From NCBI RefSeq assembly GCF_000379725.1, contig NZ_KB903620.1, positions 26,663 through 50,662 of the forward strand: a DNA stretch of 24,000 bases, written 5' to 3'. The stretch's first letter is position 1. Each line of letters starts with the position of its first letter. The DNA is from Cytophaga aurantiaca DSM 3654 (GTDB taxonomy: Bacteria > Bacteroidota > Bacteroidia > Cytophagales > Cytophagaceae). This document shows positions 8,666-16,827 of the stretch, one piece after another. The notes beneath the pieces are model-generated. The model saw nothing but the letters and a program-made list of their open reading frames with translations. It made no database searches and was not told the DNA's origin. The translations under genes and the position numbers were made by a program.

Positions 8666-8770
8666 GTGTTTTTTAAGGTTTTTCGGGAACAAAAGGATAG
8701 TTAATTCGGCAGATTTTGTTAAATAACTAAAAATCGATTGTAATTTTATAACTCTTTGATTTATACGCAT

Positions 8771-8829
8771 AAAAAAGTCCTGCCGATCCCGATCCCGATA
8801 GCTATCGGGATCGGGATCGGCAGGACTTT
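8771..8829 (-). terminator. Rho-independent terminator of dnaJ: a 50-nt perfect palindrome followed by T6 on the minus strand
   Basis: 8777-8826 reads GTCCTGCCGATCCCGATCCCGATAG followed by its exact reverse complement. The A6 run at 8771-8776 is T6 on the transcribed strand. The element lies 27 nt past the dnaJ stop. Confidence 0.85.
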
Positions 8830-8853
8830 CAAATACTGTATTAATAATTTCTA

Positions 8854-9996
8854 TTAAAAGAATTCTTTCATGCGTTCAAAGAACGACTTATCATTCTTGC
8901 CCGGATTTGGTTTGAAGCTTTCTGAATCTTTTATCGATGATAAAATTTCTTTTTCTTCTTTTGTAAGTTCCTGCGGAGTCCACACGTTCACATAAATCAG
9001 TTGATCACCTTTCTGATAACTGTTTACGTCTTTTAAACCTTTTGAACGCAAGCGTAAAATCTTGCCGCTTTGTGTACCCGGTTCAATTTTAATTTTAACC
9101 TTACCATCTACCGTAGGTACTTCAATGCTTGTTCCAAACACGGCATCAAAGAACGTTACATATAGTTCATAAATAATATTTAAGCCATCACGCTTTAATA
9201 ATTCGTCTTCGATCTCTTCAATCAAGATCAATAAGTCGCCGGCAACGCCGCCTCTAGGAGGCATGTTTCCTTTGCCACTCATCGACAATTGCATACCGTC
9301 TACAACGCCAGCAGGAATTTTGATTGTAATGGTCTCTTCCTTTTCAATTGTACCTTGTCCGTGACATGAGGTACATTTATCTTTAATGATCGTACCTTCT
9401 CCGCTACAAGTTGAACATGTCACTGCAGACATCATTTGGCCAAGCATGGTATTTACTACCTTCTTAACCTGGCCGGTTCCATTACATGTACCACACTTCT
9501 GTACCGAACTATTTTTAGCTCCTGTGCCGCTACATTCGTCGCAGGCAACCTGGCGCTTCACTTTTATTTTCTTTTCACAACCGTTCGCAATTTCTTCTAA
9601 GTTCAATTTCAACTTAATGCGAAGATTGCTTCCCTTACGTACGCCTCTGCCACGGCTTGAACCGCCGCCACCGAAGAAACTTTCAAATGGAGAACCGCCT
9701 CCGCCAAACACATCGCCGAACTGAGAGAATATGTCATCCATATTCATTCCGCCACCACCGTAACCGCCGCCGCCTGCAGCCTGATGACCATATTGATCAT
9801 AACGCTGTTTCTTCTCAGGCGAACTTAATACTTCATATGCTTCCGCTGCTTCTTTGAATTTTTCTTCAGCGGCCGGATTGTCTGGGTTTTTATCCGGGTG
9901 ATATTTAATCGCCAATTTACGGTACGCTTTTTTTATCTCGTCCGCAGATGCTGATTTAGAAATTTCCAGTACTTCGTAATAATCTCTCTTTGCCAT
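8854..9996 (-). CDS. dnaJ: Molecular chaperone DnaJ
   Basis: J-domain HPD motif (KYHPDKN), a Gly/Phe-rich linker, and four CxxCxGxG zinc-finger repeats ([32 protein letters not shown]). Confidence 0.97.
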   Translation of the reverse strand: MAKRDYYEVLEISKSASADEIKKAYRKLAIKYHPDKNPDNPAAEEKFKEAAEAYEVLSSPEKKQRYDQYGHQAAGGGGYGGGGMNMDDIFSQFGDVFGGGGSPFESFFGGGGSSRGRGVRKGSNLRIKLKLNLEEIANGCEKKIKVKRQVACDECSGTGAKNSSVQKCGTCNGTGQVKKVVNTMLGQMMSAVTCSTCSGEGTIIKDKCTSCHGQGTIEKEETITIKIPAGVVDGMQLSMSGKGNMPPRGGVAGDLLILIEEIEDELLKRDGLNIIYELYVTFFDAVFGTSIEVPTVDGKVKIKIEPGTQSGKILRLRSKGLKDVNSYQKGDQLIYVNVWTPQELTKEEKEILSSIKDSESFKPNPGKNDKSFFERMKEFF

Positions 9997-9999
9997 TTC

Positions 10000-10539
10000 T
10001 TAAGCTCCAATAACAACCTTCGCGTATCTGATTACTTTTTCGCCAAGAAGGTATCCCTTTTCAACTTCGTCAACTACTTTACCTTTCAAATCCGGTGTTG
10101 GTGCAGGTATCTGAGTAATCGCTTCGTGTAACTCCGTATCAAAAACTTCGCCTTGCGCATTCATAGCAGTAAGGCCTTTTTGCTGAAGTGTTTTATTGAA
10201 TTTATTATGAATCAATTCAACACCTTCGCGTAATACTTTTGTTTCTTCTGTAGCAGGAATGTTTTTTAATGCACGATCAAAATCATCAATGATCGGAATT
10301 AAGCTGCTCATCAAATCTTCGTTTGCTGTTTTCAACAAATCGATGCGTTCTTTGCTTGTACGTCTTTTGTAGTTGTCAAATTCAGCGTACAATCTGACAT
10401 ATTTATCTTTCCAATCAGCCGCATCAGCTGTTGCTTTTTCTAATTCTGTCAATTCTGGTGCCTTTTCCGCAGTTTCTGCAACTACTTCTTTTTCAGCAGA
10501 ATTATCCAATTGATCTTCGTTAATTTCTTCGTTTGCCAT
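10000..10539 (-). CDS. grpE: Nucleotide exchange factor GrpE
   Basis: 179 aa with an acidic N-terminus and a GrpE-like helix (DKYVRLYAEFDNYKRRT). Its stop is 3 nt before the dnaJ start. Confidence 0.93.
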   Translation of the reverse strand: MANEEINEDQLDNSAEKEVVAETAEKAPELTELEKATADAADWKDKYVRLYAEFDNYKRRTSKERIDLLKTANEDLMSSLIPIIDDFDRALKNIPATEETKVLREGVELIHNKFNKTLQQKGLTAMNAQGEVFDTELHEAITQIPAPTPDLKGKVVDEVEKGYLLGEKVIRYAKVVIGA

Positions 10540-10552
10540 AATTATAATATGA

Positions 10553-10573
10553 TTGACAAGAAAGGCTTGTCAA
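10553..10573 (-). promoter_or_regulatory. Perfect inverted repeat TTGACAAG-N5-CTTGTCAA just upstream of grpE; possibly an operator or weak terminator
   Basis: The 8-bp arms are at 10553-10560 and 10566-10573, 14-34 nt upstream of the grpE ATG (10537-10539). No clear T-run follows on the minus strand. Confidence 0.25.
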
Positions 10574-10627
10574 TAAGTTTGCCAAGCTATTTTTCTGACA
10601 ATATGACACCGCCCAACTCGTTAAGTT

Positions 10628-11641
10628 TTAATCCATGAAGTCATTTTTAGGTTTATTCATGGTTGTCCATAATAAATCCTTCAATTCCGTTAATCCCTGA
10701 TTTAAATAAGAAGAGAAAAATACGGTCTGGACTCCTTTAGGAAGTTCTTTCTTAATTTCCTCTTTCAATTCATCGTCCAGCATGTCTGATTTTGAGATCG
10801 CAAGAATACGATCTTTGTGCAGCAATTCCGGATTGTATTTCTGAAGTTCGTTCAATAATATTTCATATTCAGCACGGATATCTTTTGAATCGGCAGCTAT
10901 TAAAAATAATAAAATTGAATTTCGTTCAATGTGTCTCAGGAAGCGGATCCCAAGGCCTTTGCCTTCTGCAGCGCCTTCAATAATACCCGGAATATCGGCC
11001 ATGATAAACGATCGATAGTCGCGGTATTTTACAACACCTAAATTCGGCACCAATGTGGTGAACGCATAGTCTGCAATTTCAGGTTTTGCAGCAGATACTT
11101 TCGATAGCAATGTAGATTTTCCGGCATTTGGAAAACCAACCAAACCAACATCAGCCAATACTTTCAATTCCAGAACCACCCATGCCTCTATACCCGGTTC
11201 TCCCGGTTGTGCATAGTGAGGTGCCTGGTTTGTTGATGTTTTGAATTGTTCGTTACCCAAACCACCTCTACCTGCCGGTATCAGAATAAGTTCCTGCCCG
11301 TCTTCCGTGATCTCTGCAATCTTTTCACCTGTTTCCGGATCACGTGCTATGGTACCCAGCGGTACTTCTACAATCTGATCTTTACCTTGTGCTCCCGATG
11401 CTCTGTTTGTGCCACCACGTTCGCCATCTTCGGCCATAATGTGTTTGGTGTATTTCAAGTGCAGTAAGGTCCACAACTGAACGTTACCTCTCAATATAAT
11501 GTGCCCTCCACGGCCGCCGTTTCCGCCATCCGGACCACCAAGCGGTGTATGTTTTTCCTTGCGAAAATGTGTAGCACCCGCGCCCCCTTTACCGGAGCGG
11601 CAGCATACTTTTACGTAATCTATAAAGTTGGATGAAGCCAC
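10628..11641 (-). CDS. obg: GTPase Obg/CgtA
   Basis: Gly-rich Obg fold ([12 protein letters not shown]), G1 motif GFPNAGKST and G3 motif DIPG. The only start codon in frame is GTG at 11639-11641, preceded by A8. Confidence 0.93.
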   Translation of the reverse strand: MASSNFIDYVKVCCRSGKGGAGATHFRKEKHTPLGGPDGGNGGRGGHIILRGNVQLWTLLHLKYTKHIMAEDGERGGTNRASGAQGKDQIVEVPLGTIARDPETGEKIAEITEDGQELILIPAGRGGLGNEQFKTSTNQAPHYAQPGEPGIEAWVVLELKVLADVGLVGFPNAGKSTLLSKVSAAKPEIADYAFTTLVPNLGVVKYRDYRSFIMADIPGIIEGAAEGKGLGIRFLRHIERNSILLFLIAADSKDIRAEYEILLNELQKYNPELLHKDRILAISKSDMLDDELKEEIKKELPKGVQTVFFSSYLNQGLTELKDLLWTTMNKPKNDFMD

Positions 11642-11649
11642 TTTTTTTT

Positions 11650-11691
11650 GCTTAAAGCTAAAGGCGAAAAGCTGAATGCTTAACGCTTAAC
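11650..11691 (-). repeat. Solo array of six heptads (GCTTAAA GCTAAAG GCGAAAA GCTGAAT GCTTAAC GCTTAAC) abutting the obg start
   Basis: Strict 7-nt period. It shares the exact 12-mer GCTAAAGGCGAA (11657-11668) with the thrC-proximal arm (5066-5077). I found no inverted partner arm nearby. Confidence 0.75.
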
Positions 11692-11706
11692 CAGGTGAAA
11701 TGAATA

Positions 11707-11740
11707 ACACAGATTGAAAACTATATATTTCAATCTGTGT
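11707..11740 (-). terminator. Probable adk terminator hairpin
   Basis: Perfect 13-bp stem ACACAGATTGAAA / TTTCAATCTGTGT with an 8-nt loop, 19 nt past the adk stop. On the minus strand it is followed by TATTCATTT, which is only moderately T-rich. Confidence 0.55.
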
Positions 11741-11758
11741 CGTGATATAAATGAATTA

Positions 11759-12331
11759 TTATTTTGCTGAATCTACCGCTTTACAGATTGCTGTAAAGAT
11801 TGTTTCGATCTCGCCAATGCCTTGTACTTTCACAGCCTTGCCCTGTGCTTCGTAGTATGGCAATACATGAATGGTTTTCTGAAAATATTCGTCGATGCGT
11901 TTCAATACTTTTTCTGCATCATCATCGGCACGGCCGGAAGTTTGTCTGCGAATTTCAATGCGTTTTTTTAACTCATCTTCATTCACATCTAAGGCAATCA
12001 CAGAATGAATTTTTGTATTCAATGTAGTTAACATTCCATCCAGCACTTCTGCCTGATGAACGGTTCTTGGAAAGCCGTCAAAGATAAAACCGGTTGCTCC
12101 GGCATTTGCTTCGATAGCAGCTTTTAAAATTCCAACAGTAACTTCATCGGGCACTAATAAACCATTATCGATATATTCTTTCACCTTCACTCCCAGTTCG
12201 GTTTTACGCGAAATGTGATCGCGAAAAATGTCACCGGTAGATAGATGCGCTAATTTATATTTAGCAATTAATTTTTCACTTTGAGTTCCTTTACCTGCTC
12301 CCGGAGGGCCAAATAAGACAATATTCAACAT
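11759..12331 (-). CDS. adk: Adenylate kinase (short form, no zinc lid)
   Basis: 190 aa with the P-loop GPPGAGKGTQ and an LSTGDIFR segment typical of Adk. Confidence 0.97.
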   Translation of the reverse strand: MLNIVLFGPPGAGKGTQSEKLIAKYKLAHLSTGDIFRDHISRKTELGVKVKEYIDNGLLVPDEVTVGILKAAIEANAGATGFIFDGFPRTVHQAEVLDGMLTTLNTKIHSVIALDVNEDELKKRIEIRRQTSGRADDDAEKVLKRIDEYFQKTIHVLPYYEAQGKAVKVQGIGEIETIFTAICKAVDSAK

Positions 12332-12360
12332 ATTAATTCTTTTTTATTCTTTTGAAGTTA

Positions 12361-12368
12361 CAAAAATA
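12361..12368 (-). promoter_or_regulatory. Candidate -7 promoter box (TATTTTTG) for adk
   Basis: Exact TAnnTTTG on the minus strand, 29 nt upstream of the adk ATG. The -33 region reads TTTC rather than TTTG. Confidence 0.35.
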
Positions 12369-12404
12369 CGCTTTTTCGGTGAAAGGGTAAGATGTCTGAA
12401 CCAG

Positions 12405-12431
12405 GATTTATGTGATTTCTATGATTTTTAT
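12405..12431. repeat. Three tandem 9-mers (GATTTATGT GATTTCTAT GATTTTTAT) in the peptidase-adk spacer
   Basis: Read directly from the sequence. Two degenerate 8-mers follow (GAGTATTC GATGTAAT). Confidence 0.6.
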
Positions 12432-12535
12432 GAGTATTCGATGTAATGTTGAGCATATAATCACATTGAAATTTATTTTGTATTAATCCAACATCATTTT
12501 CTATCAGTTAAATCAGCTTAATCAATGGTTCAGAC

Positions 12536-13444
12536 TTACATTTTTTCCATCAAATGCTTATACAACGCCACCATGGATTCAATGTCCTTTTTATGAACGC
12601 ATTCATTTGGTGTATGAGCGTCTTTTTCAGGTGCGCCAATAAAACACCAGTCCCAGGGATAGGGCGAAAGCTGCAATTCACGTCCATCGCTGGCGCCTGC
12701 TCCTTCCACTTCCAACTGAAACGGAATAGTCGTTTGCTTCGTCAATTCAATAATCTGATTTACATATTTTTTACGTGGGATCATGCGGTCGCGCATCGAA
12801 ATGGCAACACCCTTGCCGGCTTCCACGCCATCTGTCACCCAAGTGATATCGCAGATCAGCGACTGCTTTACCTGAAACGTCTCATAGATCCAGCGTGCCA
12901 GATACGCTACAGAGCCTCCGCCATGTTCTTCCCAACAGGTAAAAGCAATGATTCCGTTTTCCAACGTTTTCGCCACTTCCAAGGCTGTCCATACGCCCAA
13001 ACGATCATCCAGGTATGGACTCAGTATGTAATCGCCTTCATCTCTAAAATTGGGAGCGAATGTCAATTCCGTCCCTCTATCAATGATGCGGCCCGCTTCA
13101 ACAATCCATTCTTCCTCAACAATTCTTAATGTTCCGCGAATTTCGCCTTTAGAATCTTTTCCAACCAATTGATATCCTTCTTTCGCAGATGACGAACCGA
13201 TCGGATGCAGGTGATTGTTGTATGAAACTGTAAAACCTATTGAGTCCATATGCGCAAAGATTGCTGTTTGTGGCTTGCCAAATACAAGCACAATACAATC
13301 CTGCAAATCTCCATCGTGATATATCGTTGGTTTATGTGACCATTGACCTACGTTTTTACGTATGTAATCAAGTATAAAATCCTTTAGCGGTTCTTCATTC
13401 CCTGAAGGTGCGTGTATAGAACACAATTCTTTTAAAAGTTGCAT
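12536..13444 (-). CDS. M42-family metallopeptidase (FrvX/YsdC-like aminopeptidase)
   Basis: The N-terminus [17 protein letters not shown] is typical of M42. Metal-ligand-like blocks are [22 protein letters not shown] and DAHTPNE. At 302 aa it is shorter than typical family members. Confidence 0.8.
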   Translation of the reverse strand: MQLLKELCSIHAPSGNEEPLKDFILDYIRKNVGQWSHKPTIYHDGDLQDCIVLVFGKPQTAIFAHMDSIGFTVSYNNHLHPIGSSSAKEGYQLVGKDSKGEIRGTLRIVEEEWIVEAGRIIDRGTELTFAPNFRDEGDYILSPYLDDRLGVWTALEVAKTLENGIIAFTCWEEHGGGSVAYLARWIYETFQVKQSLICDITWVTDGVEAGKGVAISMRDRMIPRKKYVNQIIELTKQTTIPFQLEVEGAGASDGRELQLSPYPWDWCFIGAPEKDAHTPNECVHKKDIESMVALYKHLMEKM

Positions 13445-13474
13445 AGGTATATTAATTGCTCAAAGGAATAAATG

Positions 13475-13482
13475 TACATTTG
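13475..13482 (+). promoter_or_regulatory. Candidate -7 promoter box (TACATTTG) for the TPR gene
   Basis: Exact TAnnTTTG on the plus strand, 18 nt upstream of the ATG at 13501. Confidence 0.3.
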
Positions 13483-13500
13483 TTTCGTTAAAATTATACA

Positions 13501-14862
13501 ATGATTTTGAATAGTAAAATTTACATGACAAGGTATCTGTTTTTATTTATTACATGTTTAGCATCTTTAAGTTGTTTCTCACAAGACGACGAAGAGATGT
13601 TGTTGTCGAACAACTCCATTCAACTGGAAGCTACAGATGCCATCAACAACATGTATAATTTTAAATTTGATAAAGCAGAAGAATATTTTTCATATCTCCA
13701 AACCCAATATCCGGAACATCCGATGCCTTACTTTTTAATGGGCTTGAGCAATTTCTGGAAGATGATGCCCTATAATGATACAAAACCTTTTGAAGATACA
13801 TATGAAAAAGAATTTCTGAAATATATAGATCTCTCTATTGAAAAAGGAGAAGCCCTGTTTGATGAAGATGATAAAAATATTGAAGCTGCATTTTTTCTTT
13901 GTGCTGCACATGGTTTTAAAGGTAGATATTTTGCAGAACACAATGGATATGTTAAAGCTGCGTTTCAAGGAAAAAGTGCACTGCATTATCTTACCTATAC
14001 AAAAGGCAAGGGCGATATGAGTCCGGAGTTTTTATTCGGTGAAGGTATTTTTAATTACTATGCTGAATGGATGAAAGAAGAATATCCGTTGTTAAAGCCA
14101 TTAATAGGCATGTTCCCCAAAGGCAGTAAAAGTGTAGGTTTGTCGCAACTTACGGAATGTGCAAACAGCGCATTTTACACTCGTATTGAAGCGCAATATT
14201 TTCTGATGCGCATTTACAATAACGAAGAGAATAAGCCAAGAGCGGCTTATCCCTATGCAAAACATTTGAATGAAACATTTCCTGACAATCCTTATTTTCA
14301 GCGTGTGTACGCCCGTGCAGCGTGGGACATGGGTCATTATGCAGAATGCGAAAAAATTTGTTACGACATTAACTATAAGGTAAACATTGCCATGCCTGGC
14401 TATGAAGAAAACACAGGCAGATATGCAAGTTATTTTTTAGGAAGAATTTTATATGAGAAAGGTGAGCTGGAAAAATCTAAATTTTATTTACTGAAAACCT
14501 CTGTATTTGCCGAGTCCGGCGATATGGCCAAAATGGGATATTCGCTTTCAGCATATTATTATTTGGGCTTAATCGAAACACGTTTAGTGAATCATTCGGA
14601 AGCAGAAAAATACTTTTTAAAAGTAATTAAACTTGGCGAAGACAAAGGCGACAATGCAGCGGTATACAGCTATTCATTGGCTTCATGTCAGTTGGGTATT
14701 TTGTATGAAAAATTAGGTTATACTGACCGGGCAAAAGCCTATTACAAAAATGCGCTTCAACGGGTTAAAAAATTAGATGAAAAAACCTATTCGGCCACAA
14801 TCAATGAAGTAACAAGAAATTGCAACGAAGGTATTGAACGGATGCGTAAAGCTAAGAAATAG
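13501..14862 (+). CDS. Secreted tetratricopeptide-repeat (TPR) protein
   Basis: N-terminal signal-like segment (MTRYLFLFITCLASLSCFSQ). The C-terminal half has TPR-like repeats (e.g. AYYYLGLIETRLVNHSEAEKYF, LGILYEKLGYTDRAKAYYKNAL). An alternative start is the ATG at 13525. Confidence 0.8.
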   Translation: MILNSKIYMTRYLFLFITCLASLSCFSQDDEEMLLSNNSIQLEATDAINNMYNFKFDKAEEYFSYLQTQYPEHPMPYFLMGLSNFWKMMPYNDTKPFEDTYEKEFLKYIDLSIEKGEALFDEDDKNIEAAFFLCAAHGFKGRYFAEHNGYVKAAFQGKSALHYLTYTKGKGDMSPEFLFGEGIFNYYAEWMKEEYPLLKPLIGMFPKGSKSVGLSQLTECANSAFYTRIEAQYFLMRIYNNEENKPRAAYPYAKHLNETFPDNPYFQRVYARAAWDMGHYAECEKICYDINYKVNIAMPGYEENTGRYASYFLGRILYEKGELEKSKFYLLKTSVFAESGDMAKMGYSLSAYYYLGLIETRLVNHSEAEKYFLKVIKLGEDKGDNAAVYSYSLASCQLGILYEKLGYTDRAKAYYKNALQRVKKLDEKTYSATINEVTRNCNEGIERMRKAKK

Positions 14863-15319
14863 GCATTACTTTGGAATCCTTGTATGTTGACAGGATAACC
14901 ATTGACTGCATGTTTCCGATTTCTTCGATATCTACCAATTTATCTAAAATTAATTTTTGGTAAGAGTTAATATCTTTCGCTAGAATTTTCAATAAGAAAT
15001 CTCCGGAACCTGTGATATGGTGGCATTCCACCACTTCAGGTATTTCATTCATCTGAGTAACAAACGACATGATCTGATGTTTTTTGTGACCGGATAAGGA
15101 CACAGAAACAAATACAGCGGTACCAATGCCTAATAATTCACGTTCAACTTCAGCGTGATAACTTTTGATTATACCCATATTTTCCAGTTTTCGAACTCTT
15201 TCAAGAGTAGGAGCCGGAGACAAGCCAATCTCAGTTGCCAATTGTGAATTGGTGATTTTAGCATTCGCTTGAAGAATCTCAAGGATTTTCTTATCGATAG
15301 AATCTAATTTAATGCTCAT
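14852..15319 (-). CDS. lrp: Lrp/AsnC-family transcriptional regulator
   Basis: 155 aa with an N-terminal HTH (LDSIDKKILEILQANAKITNSQLATEIGLSPAPTLERVRKLE) and a C-terminal RAM/ligand domain. Confidence 0.9.
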   Translation of the reverse strand: MSIKLDSIDKKILEILQANAKITNSQLATEIGLSPAPTLERVRKLENMGIIKSYHAEVERELLGIGTAVFVSVSLSGHKKHQIMSFVTQMNEIPEVVECHHITGSGDFLLKILAKDINSYQKLILDKLVDIEEIGNMQSMVILSTYKDSKVMPIS

Positions 15320-15396
15320 TGTCGCTGAATTTATTGGTCAAGATACAATTAATTCGTTAATTTCAAGAATATAAATGGTGGCTCTATAAAGAATTA

Positions 15397-16827
15397 ATGG
15401 ACGATTTTCAAAAACTTTCTATCTTCGAATTATCAATTCGAAAGAATTTGATCAGCCCTTACGAATATATATTGCTGCCAGTTTACATTTTTTTATTTTT
15501 TGTAGCCACGCGAATTCTCGTTGAACTGATTTACAAAGACCAAACCATTCAAAAATACGTGTATTTTGGGTTGTCGCTTAAAGTGTTTGGAGGATTGTTT
15601 GTTACACTGATTTTCAACTTCTACTACAAAGGTGGGGATATCGGAACCTATTATAATGAAGGCCGAATATTTGCCAATCTTATTTTTGAACACCCGGAAA
15701 GTATCCTGAGAATCTTTTTCTATTCCCCGACAGGTAATGATACCGAACTGAAAAATCTTTTCTTGCATATGAACTACGTCAATGCTCCGGATACATTGAT
15801 TGTTTTAAAAATTACTGCATTTATTAATTTGTTTTCATTCAATTCGTATTTGGTTACTACATTCTTTTTTAGTTTCATTTCGTTCTGGTGCATCTGGCGA
15901 TTGGTAACTTTATTGTTTGAGCTATACCCGGACCATAAACAAACAATTGTAATTGCTTTTTTTGCAGCACCCAGCTTGATTGTATGGGGGAGCGGCATTT
16001 TAAAGGACACTATTTGTTTTTCATGCTTATGCATTTCTCATTATTATTTATTCAGAATATTTATTCAGAATAAATTCAAACTTAGCTATGTATTCTACAT
16101 CCTGTTCACAGGTTATATTATATTAACTATTAAGATCTATATCTTGCTGGCATATGCCCCTTGCTTTTCATTTATGGTTACACAACAATATAAAACCTAT
16201 ATCCAGAATCGCATTTTAAGAGCCATGATTGCTCCGTTTATTATTGTATTGAGTTTGGTTGTCAGTTATGTATTGGTTACTCAGCTTGGAGCGCAAAAAG
16301 AACGTTATTCAAGCGGGAAATTATTGGAGACAGCTAAAGTACAGCGCAATTATGTTCACTCTGTCTCCTTACAAACAGAAGGTTCTACCTATGACCTGGG
16401 TGATATGGATGATGGCTTGATGGCTTATATATTAAAAATACCTGCAGCAATAAATGTATCGCTGTTCAGGCCTTATTTGTGGGAATCCAGAAATCCGATC
16501 ATGCTGCTCTCGGCAATAGAATCGTCTATATTAATTTTCATCACATTTCGACTTTTTCAGAAAAGAAAATTAAAAAACACGATTGATGTATTGGCAAAAG
16601 ATGTGAATCTTCAATTCTTTTTATTGTTTGGATTGATCTTCTCTTTTTTTGTAGGGGTTACAACATATAATTTCGGAAGCCTTGTGCGTTACAAAATACA
16701 AGGATATCCTTTTTACATTGCTGCTATCCTTTTGTTGTATACCTTGCAGGAAAATACCACTGCGAGCAAATTGAAAATCAAAAAAATATTTTCAAAAAGT
16801 AATCCTTCTTTAGAAAACCGAATCTAG
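15397..16827 (+). CDS. Polytopic membrane protein of unknown family; candidate glycan polymerase, ligase or GT-C-type enzyme
   Basis: 476 aa with at least 10 hydrophobic segments. One larger polar loop (..QKERYSSGKLLETAKVQRNYVHSVSLQTEGSTYDLGDMDDG..) is followed by LFRPYLWE. It lies next to the glycosyltransferase cluster. Confidence 0.7.
   Translation: MDDFQKLSIFELSIRKNLISPYEYILLPVYIFLFFVATRILVELIYKDQTIQKYVYFGLSLKVFGGLFVTLIFNFYYKGGDIGTYYNEGRIFANLIFEHPESILRIFFYSPTGNDTELKNLFLHMNYVNAPDTLIVLKITAFINLFSFNSYLVTTFFFSFISFWCIWRLVTLLFELYPDHKQTIVIAFFAAPSLIVWGSGILKDTICFSCLCISHYYLFRIFIQNKFKLSYVFYILFTGYIILTIKIYILLAYAPCFSFMVTQQYKTYIQNRILRAMIAPFIIVLSLVVSYVLVTQLGAQKERYSSGKLLETAKVQRNYVHSVSLQTEGSTYDLGDMDDGLMAYILKIPAAINVSLFRPYLWESRNPIMLLSAIESSILIFITFRLFQKRKLKNTIDVLAKDVNLQFFLLFGLIFSFFVGVTTYNFGSLVRYKIQGYPFYIAAILLLYTLQENTTASKLKIKKIFSKSNPSLENRI

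Noticed and set aside
8642-8770. A possible thr-operon leader peptide: a 42-codon minus-strand ORF (MRINQRVIKLQS...) between the dnaJ terminator and thrA.
   Set aside because: It has no run of Thr/Ile codons and no alternative terminator/antiterminator pairing like the E. coli thrL attenuator. It begins in the T-run of the dnaJ terminator and overlaps the candidate promoter. It is most likely a chance ORF.
9386-9857. Plus-strand ORFs 9386..9724 and 9657..9857, which are Pro-, Arg- and His-rich.
   Set aside because: They are antisense to the Gly-rich and zinc-finger regions of dnaJ. The Pro-rich translation is simply the complement of GGN Gly codons.
10540-10627. A CIRCE/HrcA operator or a sigma-70-like promoter (TTGACA ... 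TATAAT) upstream of grpE.
   Set aside because: There is no match to TTAGCACTC-N9-GAGTGCTAA. The TTGACA and TATAAT-like hexamers are 21 nt apart, and the TATAAT abuts the ATG, so a canonical sigma-70 promoter is not supported. Only the inverted repeat itself is reported.
12387-12539. Calling the inverted-repeat-bounded spacer a mobile element (MITE).
   Set aside because: Only one copy is visible, I could not identify target-site duplications, and there is no transposase. It is kept as a finding to check, not annotated as mobile.
12554-13129. A 191-aa plus-strand ORF antisense to the M42 peptidase gene.
   Set aside because: It is a shadow ORF inside a gene that has clear metallopeptidase motifs. 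The translated sequence has no domain-like features.
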